A stretch of 64,000 nucleotides of DNA from Chlorokybus atmophyticus (lineage: Eukaryota > Plantae > Mesostigma and Chlorokybus algae): NCBI GenBank assembly GCA_009103225.1, contig RHPI01002533.1, positions 709,368 through 773,367 of the forward strand, in the 5' to 3' direction. Position numbers and translations under genes: made by a program. Position 1 is the first letter of the stretch; every line of letters begins with the position of its first letter. Below are positions 1 through 18,500 of the stretch, in pieces. The notes beneath the pieces are model-generated. The model saw only the letters and a program-made list of their open reading frames with translations. It was not told where the DNA came from and ran no database searches.

Positions 1-1013
1 CATAAGTCCGGCTGAGCGTACCACCATTGTTACGCGGACTGTTCATACACGATAAGTTCAGTAAGGGCCGCTGTGCTGGAGGTTGTACAGGTAGATTGCA
101 CGACGCACATGTGCACAAGTTCTATGTAGGCGTATAGACACACAGCATACACAAACCAATTTGTTATCCCAGCCAGTCAGCCCGCAAGCTGCACAACCCT
201 TGATGCCAGCCTATTATGTGTAATAACTACTTCCCTGCAGTACGCTAGCGGACACCTGCTACCTAGGCAAGCCATATGTGCATGGCAATAATGGTGCGCG
301 TGTGTAGAGCAGCATGAGACTTTATGATGCATCGCATGCATATGGCATACACATCAGGGTGATGGTGTGATCGCTCAAGCCCACGGCATGCCAAAGCCTG
401 CTTAGTGCTGAGCCTGCCCCAGGCCGGACTAACTTTAATTGCTGCGTTCTGGCACTGGCGCTGTGCTTGTTTGCCTGCACACGGGTTAGCAGTAGCATAG
501 CGTAGCAAGCCATTGTACTAGCCCGTTGGTGAGTACTTGTTGCAGTGCATGTCATGCACTGCAACAAGTTGTCCATTCACCATGCAACCTGTGTATGCTC
601 AGGTGGGTGACTGCTGCTGCTACCTGCCTCACCCATCATTGCATTGCACAGCGCATAGGAGCACCTGTTGCAATGGGCGGCGGTGGCCCCGAATGTATTT
701 GTAATCATGTCTCTGCTTGCCTATGGTGTATGTTTTGCCTTTGAGCATAGCCTGTGACTGCATGGTTTAACAACGACTTATACGCTATGCATGCTGGCAC
801 AGCAGCATACCCCTTTCATACACTGTCTTCCAGGCAAACTTTGCAAAAGACTTGGGGCGTCCATCATCTTACAGCTCAGTCTTTATGCAACAGCTGAATT
901 TGTGCAAGCACAGTGCGATATGTGCTAAGGTGACGCCAAGAACCATTATTTAGGTGTTTGCAGCCGCCAGTGAGCTTCCAACAAGAGTGATGTACAGCAT
1001 GCCAGCCTAGCAT

Positions 1014-3223
<2,210 letters not shown>

Positions 3224-3561
3224 GTTGGACTCTCCTTCTCTCTATATGTGCGTGGATGTGGTTGTATGTGCGTGTGTGCGTGTGGTCTTCACCTGCCTTT
3301 CACTTCACTCTGATGCACAGGCAGGAGGAGCAGACCCCCTTGCACTAGGTCAATAAGCGTGCAAGGCCTGAGCCTTCTTCTCACGCACCAACTTATTCGC
3401 TCAGTCTTGTCCTGGCCTGGCCTGGCCTGGCCTAGCCTGGTGCAGAGCTTATTTCAGACGGAGGAAGCGAGCAGATTTGACTCTCGGCGCCACGTCACGT
3501 GACAACACGATAGATAGAGCGAACTCTTTAGCCCCATATCGGCGAAACCTGCTCGACAAGT

Positions 3562-3600
3562 TAGGGTTTGCTGCGCAATCGAGAAGACATATTAGGGTTA
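3562..3600 (+). promoter_or_regulatory. Telo-box (TAGGGTTT, 3562-3569) plus a second TTAGGGTTA just upstream of the NSUN2 ATG
   Basis: Exact reverse complement of AAACCCTA. Telo-boxes near the start of translation and RNA-processing genes are established in plants. Confidence 0.55.
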
Positions 3601-3644
3601 CGATTGCACCGCGTGTCGGCGGCGGCGGCGGTGGCGGCGGCGGT

Positions 3645-7934
<4,290 letters not shown>

Positions 7935-8809
7935 CATTGACTGGTGCAACTGTTGCAGTGCAAGTCATGGCGTGGAGGCTATCCCTGGTGCATGGTTACG
8001 TTTGCCACTTGCTCAATGCCCCACCCTTCTTACACCCATTGACAGTTGTTATGCATTAGTCAACGATATTTGCATGTTCACTGCAGCGTTACATGGCAAT
8101 TTGCTGCAGCTTGGTGTTGATGATGATGTTGCTGGGACAGTGCTTGAGCCGGGGACATGGCTGGGTACTGCGCCAAAGACATGTACCCAAGACACTATGA
8201 AAACTTACAAGATCTCTTGCCATGCTCGAACAGGTTTGCGGTAGTCTCGGCGCACCTTGCAGTGTAATTCAGAATGTGAACATGACGCCAAAAAGCAAGT
8301 CTTGTTCTCTTCGTGCTAGCTCATTTGATATGTTCCGGAATGGTTGTCAAAGGACACGACATCGTGAAACATTGGAGGGAATATTTCATGTTAATGCAGA
8401 TTGTTTTCAGTGTTTGATATGTGCATTGACAGATGTGTACATAGCATGACCTATTCGGCACACAAAACCTGGGCCGGCTTGTACGAAAGCCCTCTGTGCG
8501 GTCGCTGGCACAGATTTGAATGTACATATTCTGGGACGAAGGTGGGGCGAGGTGACTCCAACCCATCCATGAATGCGCGTGGCTGAGGAGACGGGCACAC
8601 AAGACTCAATCTCAACTTGAGCAGCCTCCACTTGCAAGGGGTGGCGCCTTCCCAAATGCTTACTTTAAACACTATAAAACATCATTTGCCATATGTGCTG
8701 CAATCGCCGCGCATTGGCTTGAATTGTGTGAAAGTGGTTGCAGGACGCACAATGTCAGCCTCGCCTCCAACTCGCCCATGACTGTGCACAGACACCCCCC
8801 CCCCCCCGT

Positions 8810-8923
8810 NNNNNNNNNNNNNNNNNNNNNNNNNNNNNNNNNNNNNNNNNNNNNNNNNNNNNNNNNNNNNNNNNNNNNNNNNNNNNNNNNNNNNNNNNNN
8901 NNNNNNNNNNNNNNNNNNNNNNN
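8810..8923. other. Assembly gap (N) flanked by poly-C
   Basis: Seen directly. Confidence 0.99.
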
Positions 8924-9473
8924 NCCCCCCCCCCGGTCGCGCGACAACACACTGGAACAATGACAGCGTTAAATAAAGGATTGTCCATGCGCCCAACCCG
9001 TTTCCCGCGTCATGGTACTGAGCAACAGGACACAGCAACTCCATGCAGCCAAGCAACAAGGAGCTCTAAGAGTCGAGACAAGGCCCAGTGTGACTAGTAG
9101 CCAGAGAAATCGCATCTCTCTGATAGAGCTTTCATTATTGTCAGCTGATCAGTTGAACACAAGGAATACAGGTTGCCTGATACGCTCCAGGCGGCAGACA
9201 GTGACACTAGCCAATGCTAATCTCCCATTCCTGTTAAGACTAGCTGCAGGCATGGCTTCTGGCGGCTCTAATTGACAGGCAGATTGGCTGGCAAAGCAGC
9301 AGCACCTATAAGGTCTCCAAAGCGGAGCAAGAACAGCCTTTGAGGTTGCCAGTGGCAGCGCTTTTTCACATTCTTCACAAAGCAAGCATCCACCGCCCCA
9401 CTAACAAACCCCATGACCAGGCTGTGACCAGGGTTAAACAGCAGCAGACAGCTGCCGCACAATTGCAACGCTG

Positions 9474-10329
9474 CTATTCCTCCGGTTCGTCTTCCTCGGG
9501 AACTCCTCTCAAGTACAGCACATTGTTACACCTGCATAATTTACCGCACCAGTCAACAGAATCATATGAAGTGTACAAGTATACGTCGGTGGACTGGAAG
9601 CCGCAAGTGAACTGCGGCACACTGCGTACCTTATCAACACTTCGCCAAGGTTGCCGGAAAAAGTGCCGTCAATGTACTCCTCAGTGCTTGCCAGCTGCCA
9701 AGTGGTTGGCTCGTCAAGCGATCACGAGAGCCAGCATTACAACAATGAACAGAGCACATAAGCAACTTCGCTAGTCTGTTTACTGGTGCTGTAGCAAGGA
9801 CTCAACATGCATGATGTAGCGTACTCGTCAGACACAGCCTGCGGTACTGACCTGCAAGTTCATGTAGGCGTCGACTGACACCAAGTAACCTGCACGACAA
9901 AAAGGCAGTGTATAAGATAGCGGAGCAGCTAGCCTGGACCAATGCATATCTCATGTGCAACGGCACCCACCTTTGTATTCCATCCCCCACTTGAGCTTCA
10001 CTATTACGGGCTTCCCAGTCAAGTCGTTGAGGAAGGGTTTGGGGTTCACTGGGACGGTCTGCACGCAGTAACAGCGTACAACGCACCGTGTCACAATGTT
10101 GGCATTACGTCCAGCCAAACAGTGCAATAAGATTGTATAACTTGCCGACCTCTTAGTGACACTGGTGGTGCGAAAAGCTCAGGCATGCAGCATGTCAACG
10201 TGCATGCAGCTTCCCACAGTGATTCGCTCTTTTATTACAAATGCGTGGCTAATTGCATAACGCACATCAAAGACTGCCGCCTCTGGATATGATGAGCAAG
10301 GCAAATGTGAAACTTGACCATACCGCCAT
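9474..10329 (-). CDS. SNRPF: Small nuclear ribonucleoprotein SmF (5 coding exons; not in the ORF track)
   Basis: Spliced product: MA|[30 protein letters not shown]|[12 protein letters not shown]|[22 protein letters not shown]|[18 protein letters not shown]. It has Sm1 and Sm2 motifs with the SmF-typical NPKPFL and RCNNVLY, and all junctions are GT-AG. Confidence 0.97.
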
Positions 10330-10432
10330 GGGTGGGCGCTCCGTCCGTCGTCGTCGCCGCCGCCGCCGCCGTCCTGACCGCCGCCACGGTTCGGAGCAGG
10401 TAAGGAACAATTGCTGGCAGCAACAGTTGGCT

Positions 10433-10469
10433 TAGGGTTTTCCACACCCGAGACTCCGGACTGTGGGCC
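10433..10469 (-). promoter_or_regulatory. Telo-box (AAACCCTA, 10433-10440) and site II element (TGGGCC, 10464-10469) upstream of SmF
   Basis: Exact motifs about 100-140 bp upstream of the SmF ATG. The telo-box plus site II pairing is an established plant promoter module. Confidence 0.55.
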
Positions 10470-12235
10470 GGCGCCAGACCCAAGTCCCACAACCTCGTTC
10501 ATAACATGTTGAATATGCACAATAATCTTCGGCTGCGATTACCATATTCAGAACCTCTGAGCATGCCATGCAGTGCATGGTGAGTGCATGAGTTATTGTG
10601 TCTCATGTCAAAGTCCACCAATGCATTCAAGATGTCAAAATTGAGATATTGTGACCACACTGTATGATTATCGGTGTTGAATGTTTCCACAATATGCGTA
10701 TGTATGTGTGAATTGTACAATGGTGTTTACATGTATAAGTGTGTAAGAGCCGAATGTCTCATTTATGCCCCATCCCATACATGTTACAACACGTGTGTGT
10801 ACACGTGCAGAGATCATCTGGAATACATGGCATGCTACACTCGCCTTTATCTGGCTTCGGAATCATGCATATCGCTCGTGGCACGAACACGTATATGCAT
10901 GTATACATGCATACACACGACCAGTGGTAAGCAAGCAGCATTACAACTTATGTCATAATAAAAGTAATCTTTATTCCAATATGATGTTTATAAATATACG
11001 CACGGTAGCACGATCCACTCACACTGTACGATGCCGAATGTGACATGGTGTCAAATGTCAAGTGTCACATGTAATTCAGGTTTTATGCACATCACGTGCC
11101 AGTCTACAACATATTAATTGCTTTGCGATAAAATCGTAATAAATAGATAGACGGGATCTAAAATCACGGCGCACAACCGCAAAAAAGGGAGCGCGTATAA
11201 AGAAGAGCACGATATTAAAAACTAGAGCCGCTCTTACTTTTGCTATTAAGTTGCTTGCAGCTTCGGTCAAGTTTTTCTTCTTACTAGATTTTTAATGACC
11301 GTATGCGGCGTGTATATTAAAAAGATGGCTCGAGCTAGTGCCGACGAGTGGCTCGAGCCATGTGTCGCATAAGCAGCGGTAACACTGAAAAACTTTTAAT
11401 GGGGGGTAAGTTGCAGGCATGTAAGGTTGTTTTGTGTCGCAGAGTATATGCGTAGCAAGGTGCATGCTGTGAGTAATTTGTATAGTGTATCAAGGTTGTT
11501 AATCTACACATCGTGCACCGTGTGGGCACTGTAGAGCAATTGGTGTCCATATGAGAGCAGACATAGATTGAGAATTGAGACATCTTTGTTAGAATTGTGT
11601 ACAGTGGCTGCATGGGACAAGATCTTACATCACATGACACAGCAACAAACGTGTCTTGCCCGACCACTGGCCCTCGCCTGCCTTTCTCCAAGCATTTCCC
11701 TTACCTCCCAAGCATGCATGCATGCGCGGATAATATAGGGAGGACAGGACAAGTGCCAGTTACTATCATGCTCACATGCACTCCTTGCTTATCGTGTGCA
11801 TAGAGTATGACATATCGCACCACATTGCAGATGCCAGCCGAGAGGAAATTCTGATTTCCAATCGAGGTGCTAACGGAGCTTGGTTTAGCGGATGCGCAGC
11901 TGGAGTTCTTTTATTTATATAATTACGCTTCTCCCCTGAAGCTGTAAATGTGGCTGATGACGCGCGGAATCTGCTTGGACGTTTGAATTGAGTCAGCCGA
12001 CAATGACGCTATAATTTGTGGCTGTTTGATGGATTATTGGATTGATAGCTAACTCCATCACTTTTTCGTGCAGGCCGCATGTGCAAGATGCTAGTGCGAT
12101 GGAGCCGATGCTTGCAAGAAGCATAACCGGCCAAACATGATTAATGTTTACATGTTTAATTGTTGATCTCGTTGGTGCTGTTGTCAGTTGTTACAGCGCC
12201 ACCCGCATTGCAGCATATTCTGCACGCTTCCTTTA

Positions 12236-12270
12236 CAGACAAGAGGCCCGAGGGGGTTTCACTGCGTCAG
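12236..12270 (+). repeat. Left bipartite terminal inverted repeat
   Basis: 23-bp outer block followed immediately by TCACTGCGTCAG. Confidence 0.92.
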
Positions 12271-12569
12271 TTTTGATGGTGCCGCGCTGTGTGGGTTAGT
12301 GCGTGTCGTGCGCTGTCGCGGTCAACAATGAGGTCCCTTGGGTCGCCGTTGGAAGCGTTCGTTGTCGAATGTCGGCGTCATGCAGTGGTTTCATGTGCAG
12401 TCTCGTATAGACGCAGTCGGCGGATGTTGATGCTATGTGCGGTCGATGCGCGTGGGTGAAGCGTGAAGTTTCGAAATTTGAAAACTGGGAATTGTGTCGG
12501 TTTGTGTGCGCAGTTGTTGCATTCTGGGCGGCGGTGTTGGTGTGGCGGTAGTGGCGGTGTGTGGGAGGT

Positions 12570-15500
12570 ATGGGCAGTGAGGGTGTGAGCGTGGGGGGGG
12601 AGTTTGATGACGAGCACGAGGTGAGCCTGCAGGAGCAGTGTGGTGAAGGTGATGGCAGGCGCGAGCATGCAGAACAGGCGGGGCAGGCAGAGCGGGCAGA
12701 GCTTGCGGAGCAGTCTGAGCGCCAGGGCGAGGCTTCGCATGCTCCCGGTCGTCGCGGAGCAAGGCCTCGGGCTGCTGGTGAGTCTGGTGCGACCTCTCCA
12801 GGTGCTGAGGCAGCCAAGAAGAAACGGAGGCTGCAGCAGCGGACGGCTTCCAAGAAGTACAGAGGGAATCGCAAGGACGTTATCGAGGCGCTGCGAGCTG
12901 ACCTCAACCTGTCTGATGGCTTGAACCACGCAGAGGTGTTGAAGGCCGTTGCGACGTCAGGGCGATGCTGGAGGTTGGGGTCGGACCGGCGTACGCTGTG
13001 TATGCTGCAGGTGAGTTCGTATGCATGTGGATGTATACGTGCCGTGAGAATGTGTGCTGCTTGCGGTGTGTGTGATTGAGGCGTTGACTGAGCTGATTGC
13101 AGGGAATCCATCCTGAGTGGCGTCCGCCTGGGTTTACAGGATTGCAAGAAGATATTGCCAGGCGTGCTTCGGTCCCATACATCAGCCCGCCTCTTGGCAG
13201 TCAATATGTGGTAATTTAGTGTTAGAGTGCGTTATGTTTGTGAGTCGACGTGCGGTTTGGGAGCTGGCAATTCGTGTCTGATGACGTGCTGTGTTTTGTA
13301 GAGTGGGCGAACCGACAATCAAGAGAATGTGGACCCAGCTGGAGTGGGCGGTCATGTAGCACGTTCGCCCGCTAATGGGAGTGCGCTGCACACCAGTCAA
13401 CTGCAGCGTCCATATGATAGCAATGTGCAGCCTTCCCAGCCAACATCTCAGCCTAGCCAGAGTTGTGATAACAGTGTCCTGCATGGTTCTCACCATATCG
13501 GAGGCCAGAATCATGCTCGCCCGACCCACTATGGGGGAGGTCCGCGAGCGCAGTTTGTGCGTCCGTATACATACCCCTAGTGAACTCGCAGTAGATTAAA
13601 CTGTGGCAATGTGCTGCCTTAGGTTTTGAAGATCCCCATTCTGGTGATGGCAGTGTGCCAGTGTTCAACATGAGTTTGAGTGCGGACAACTTGTCTTCAG
13701 TGCAGGTCAGCATGTGTCTGTGCATTGTGTGCGTGTGTGCGTGTGTACAAAAGAAGTATGCGACGTATGCTGCATGCATGTGTGTGTGTGTGGGNNNNNN
13801 NNNNNNNNNNNNNNNNNNNNNNNNNNNNNNNNNNNNNNNNNNNNNNNNNNNNNNNNNNNNNNNNNNNNNNNNNNNNNNNNNNNNNNNNNNNNNNNNNNNN
13901 NNNNNNNNNNNNNNNNNNNNNNNNNNNNNNNNNNNNNNNNNNNNNNNNNNNNNNNNNNNNNNNNNNNNNNNNNNNNNNNNNNNNNNNNNNNNNNNNNNNN
14001 NNNNNNNNNNNNNNNNNNNNNNNNNNNNNNNNNNNNNNNNNNNNNNNNNNNNNNNNNNNNNNNNNNNNNNNNNNNNNNNNGGGGGGGGTCACATGCAATG
14101 CATCAGTGGTGTGCAATGTGGTATGCCTATATGCTTACACTGGTAGAATGAACATCAACTTGTCACAGGATGTGGTGGCTGCGTGGGAATCAGATAGGTG
14201 TGGACTACTGCAACAACTTGAGAGTGTGTCGAGTGCATTGCTTGCTGCGGAGCTAGCTAATGAGAGCATGAAGCATGCGTTAGGCCAGCACCAGAACCAA
14301 GGCAGTGGAAGCAGTCAGTCATCACAAGTTGGCAGCGAGCCAAATTCAGTCCCGTCTCAACCCAATGAAGACTCTGGGTGTCCTAGTTGTGATCTGCCTG
14401 GGAGTATTGCAGCAGAGCAGCAGAGGCTACAGCAAGAGCAGTTAAGGCATGCCAGGGAGGTTGATGAGGCTGCGCATGAGTGTGAGCGCTGGCGAGAATA
14501 TGGAGTGCATCTGGAGCAAGAGCTGCGGTTGTTGCGCGCAAATTCTCCAAGTGTTGAGGAGCTGTGCACTGAGACAGTGTTGGCGAGGGAGAAGACCTCT
14601 GGGGAGGTTAGTGGTTTGCTGGGTCTGTTGGCAGAGCTCGAGGGCGCGCTGGAGGATGTGCTGCGGGAGCTTCATGCCTGTCAAGACCAGAAAGAGGTTA
14701 GTACACAACCATTACAACTTGATGTGGCAGTGCTTGCATTAGCTTGATGTGCAGACCTGTGTGTGCCTGGCAGCTGTTGAGGGTGGCGAAGGATGATGCC
14801 ACCAAGCTCGCCAATGACTTGGGTGCGCAGCTAAGAGAGCAAGAGCGTCGTGCGTCAGTAGCAGACCCAGAAGTGCATCAAATTGAGCAGGTCAATGGCT
14901 TAGTGCAAGCAATCAGTAGAATGGTGGGTCCTGCATCTTGATACAGCATTGTTTGACAAGGACCGCTCAACACAGAATGTGCACACCTTGCAGGCTTGTA
15001 GGAGTGTCAGCGATGAGGCCACCACGCGTGCCAACATGGTGGCTGCAAGGGTGATTGAGTTGGAGCGCTTGGATGCAATTGCGAAAGCTCAGGTGTGCCA
15101 GCTGCAGATGGAGTCCCGCACACAGAGAGACACGATTGAGGTGAGTGCATTGAGCTGTGCTGTGTGCTGGGAACGGATAAAGCAGTCTGCGTGTGCTGAA
15201 CATATGCTAGATGGCAGCAACTGACCATGGTTGTTGCAGGTTTTGCAGCGTGAGGTCATGGATGCTGTGGACGATGCGAGGGAGAATTATGCCCGTGCGC
15301 AAGAGGCTGATAATCATGAGGCACAGGCCTGTTTACACATCCAGGACCTGCAGTGCGAAGTGTCGAGGCTGCAAGACGCCCTGGATGCCCTGAAAGACTC
15401 ACTATCACCTAGCGGGATTTCTTGGCAGCAGCAACTTGGTCGAGAGGTGGAGCATATGGCCTTGCTGAAGCAAGTGGCTGGTGCTGTTGGCCATGCTGAG

Positions 15501-18500
15501 TTGCCAGCGGAGCCTGTGAGATACATCGCGCACCAGTTATGGCTCAGTAGTGTGCCTGTCAAGATGAGTGACGTTGGGACACTTTACAAGCTGACTCACC
15601 ATCAGCGTGGCAACTTAGTGCGCACTGTGAGGCGCGTGCTTGGGAACGCCCTGTTTGTGGTGACTGGCTCCAAGCGCAACGGGACTCTGCTGCTCAGGAG
15701 CTGGGTGGACCCAGCCGTGTGCATGCTGGGCGCGGTGCATCATCCTATGGAGCGGAGGGGAGAGCAGGAAGGCTTGTCTTCAAAGACGCTTGCCTACATC
15801 CTGCAGCTTGTCAAAGATGAGGCCAAGCAGAGGTCTGAAGTTAACAGCAAGACATGCGCTGATGTTAGATTTCTTAATGAGGAGAAGGAGTTGCAAGGCT
15901 GCCACCCAGATCTGGTTCGCCTATTTGAGGCGCTGACAGGGACGCCACATGTCCATGACAACATGAAGCAGTGGGAGAGGGTGAAGCACTTGAGAGCGAT
16001 GTACATGCTGAGCGGTGTGATATACATAAGGAACTCGCACGCATACTCGCGTCTTCACGTGGCGTTGGGAGAGGCTGTGGAGGCTTTCAGCGGGTCTCCT
16101 TCACTGCAGATGATACTCAATCGATTGGGGGTGTGCATTAGCAAGGCGACACTGGATCGCCACATCATGTCGCGCAACATCGAGGCGAGCAACAACCCCT
16201 GCCCTGTGCAAGCAGGAGGAGAACAGTTGGTAATTGCGACTGTGGACAATTGGGATTTCAGATGCCAAGGACAATTGAGGTACAATGGCGGCGCGGATAA
16301 AGACTTGCACTGCACCACAACCCAGGTTGTGATACCCAAGCCTGCACATGCGGGACCAATGCGTATGGAAGAGGTGCCCGCTCAGAGGTTCAGGACTCTG
16401 TCACAAGCTGGCATGTCTCCACCCACCACAGTTGAATTGCCTCCACAGCTGCCCAGGCCTCGCACTGATATGGCACCATCTGCAAGCGAGCAAATTACAA
16501 GTCAGACACTTAGTGAAGCTGACAGCTTCGCTAGCTTTCAAGTGGCGTTGCACAACACTGTGTGGAAGAGGATGGAAGTGCCTGCACTCAATCAGAACAA
16601 GCTGAAGAATGTTCTGGCGCACCTGTTAGGGGGTGGTGACGCTGCGTCTGCAAGTCAGGTGTATTACATGCCGCTCTTGCCCTTTAACCCTGACAAACCA
16701 GACCACTTGAAGCTTGCTCTGTTGAAGTTGCACGAGCATCTTCGTGTTGATCTGTCCGGCTGCAAGGTGTTAGTGGGGGGTGACCAGAAGACTTTCAGCC
16801 TCATGACGACACTCAAGCACACAGAACCAGGGTACTGGGACTGGCTCCTCCGTCTGCCAGGGGACTGGCACGCACTGTACAACTTGTTACCTGTCCTCTT
16901 CAAAATCTACTGGGATGCCGGACTGGACGAGATGTGTGTGTGTGCTGGTATCCCTAGCAGCACTGCGCGCAACATGCTAGCAGAGGGTTCCAATTGAAAG
17001 CGCATGCACGCGTACATGTTACAGTGCTGGGAGGGCATCTACAGGTACCAGCTCAAGGTATTCATGCAGGCTCACCCAGATACACTGGAGGCACTTGGCA
17101 TCTTCAGTGTGGAGGACATCGACCTCAATGACCCCAGACACTGCGCTGAGTTCTTCGCGTATGGTGCCCACAGAGCTGAGGAGGATGCCACTTGGGCTTT
17201 GTGGTGGCACTTCACCACCCGTGATGCTGCAGCCTATCTTGCGTTGTACCTTGCCCTGCGCACCAGCCAGTGGGACTTGCATGTGGCATCATACAAGGCG
17301 CTGTCTCCGCTATCCTTCGCATGGGATAGACCACATTACCAACGCCTCATGAGTCAGCACCTGGTGGACATTCAGCAAATGCCACCAGATATACTAGAGC
17401 AACTGCAGCAGGGTGCGTTCACAATCAGCATCACTGGCAAGAGCAGTAGCAATGTGGCACTGGATGAGGCGCATGAGTGCTTGATCAACAAGGATCTGAA
17501 GAGCTGTTTGACCAGACCAAATGGAGATTACCTGACACGCAGGACAGCACATGTCGCTCACCGAGCTGTGGGGCTCAAGAAGCTGTTGCACGTTCTGCGA
17601 GTCAAGGAGGACGCTGCGGTACCTGAAGACACAGTTATAGTACCCAGCGACAAGACCGCTATTGATGTGGAGGCCATGCTTCATCTGCTTGAGACATCTG
17701 GGGTGCTTAATGTCCACCGCGAAGAGCAACTCGTTCATCTCGTGAGAGGGAAGCCAGTCCATCCGCAGCTGCTGACCTGGGCAAGCACTACGCAGTTGGA
17801 CAAGACCAGTTCACGTTGTTTGTCAAAGCGGTGCATTGCAACGAGATGACTGGAGTCAACATAGGCAGGAGGTTTGGACTAAAGACTATGCAAGTGAAGA
17901 AGCAAGTGGTGCAGAAAGGGAGGGCATTGCATCGCATGCAGAAAACCAAGACACTGATCTTGAAAAAGTTGGCGAAATCTGGTGCACCGGTGGAGGCTGT
18001 GATGGCCTCTTATCAGGCTACCCCAATGGCTATCTTCACAGAAGAGGGAGACATGAGGAAGGGAGACAAGGCCAAGTTCCTCAACCTCCTGAGTACCGCA
18101 TGCCCAACAGCCCAGGTGCTCAGGCACCCATCAGGTGTGCAAGCCATTATCGCTGAAGGCATGTTCATCATCAACAAAGGCCCCAGCACAGGCGTGGTCA
18201 CAATGCGGGACTATCTTCTTCAGATACTTCGCACTTGCTTGCTCCCTCGCTTGTTCAACCCAAGCGTCCAATCCCTGCACGTGGTGTTTGACGATCCTGC
18301 ACACGCCACAGGCGTCAAAAGCAGCCTGCAGGCTTGCAGAGACAGTGGTGCTGGCCGATCAACCCGCACCTTGACTCTGGAGAGCGAGGTCCCCCGGTCC
18401 TGGAGAGATCTGCTTGCTGACCGCACTTTGAAGCGTAGCCTGTGCTGCCTCTTGACAACGCACTTACCTGAGTTGGTATCTCCTTATCTGAGGCTTGGAC

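Noticed and set aside
1-950. Possible 3' exons of an upstream plus-strand gene (AG/GT-bounded segments such as VRAAVLEVVQ and TLADTCYLGKPY)
   Set aside because: I could not join the segments into one consistent frame or recognise a family, so it is not listed as a feature.
8400-8800. Short minus-strand ORFs beside the gap that might be retroelement remnants
   Set aside because: No RT, integrase or transposase motif was recognised.
11325-11340. CTAG|T as a Helitron 3' end
   Set aside because: There is no GC-rich hairpin at the expected short distance, no TC start and no Rep/helicase remnant.
16995-16997. Alternative genetic code or selenocysteine explanation for the in-frame TGA
   Set aside because: TGA ends host genes normally (HIT4, ankyrin-BTB), the position looks like Trp rather than Cys, and no other gene needs recoding.
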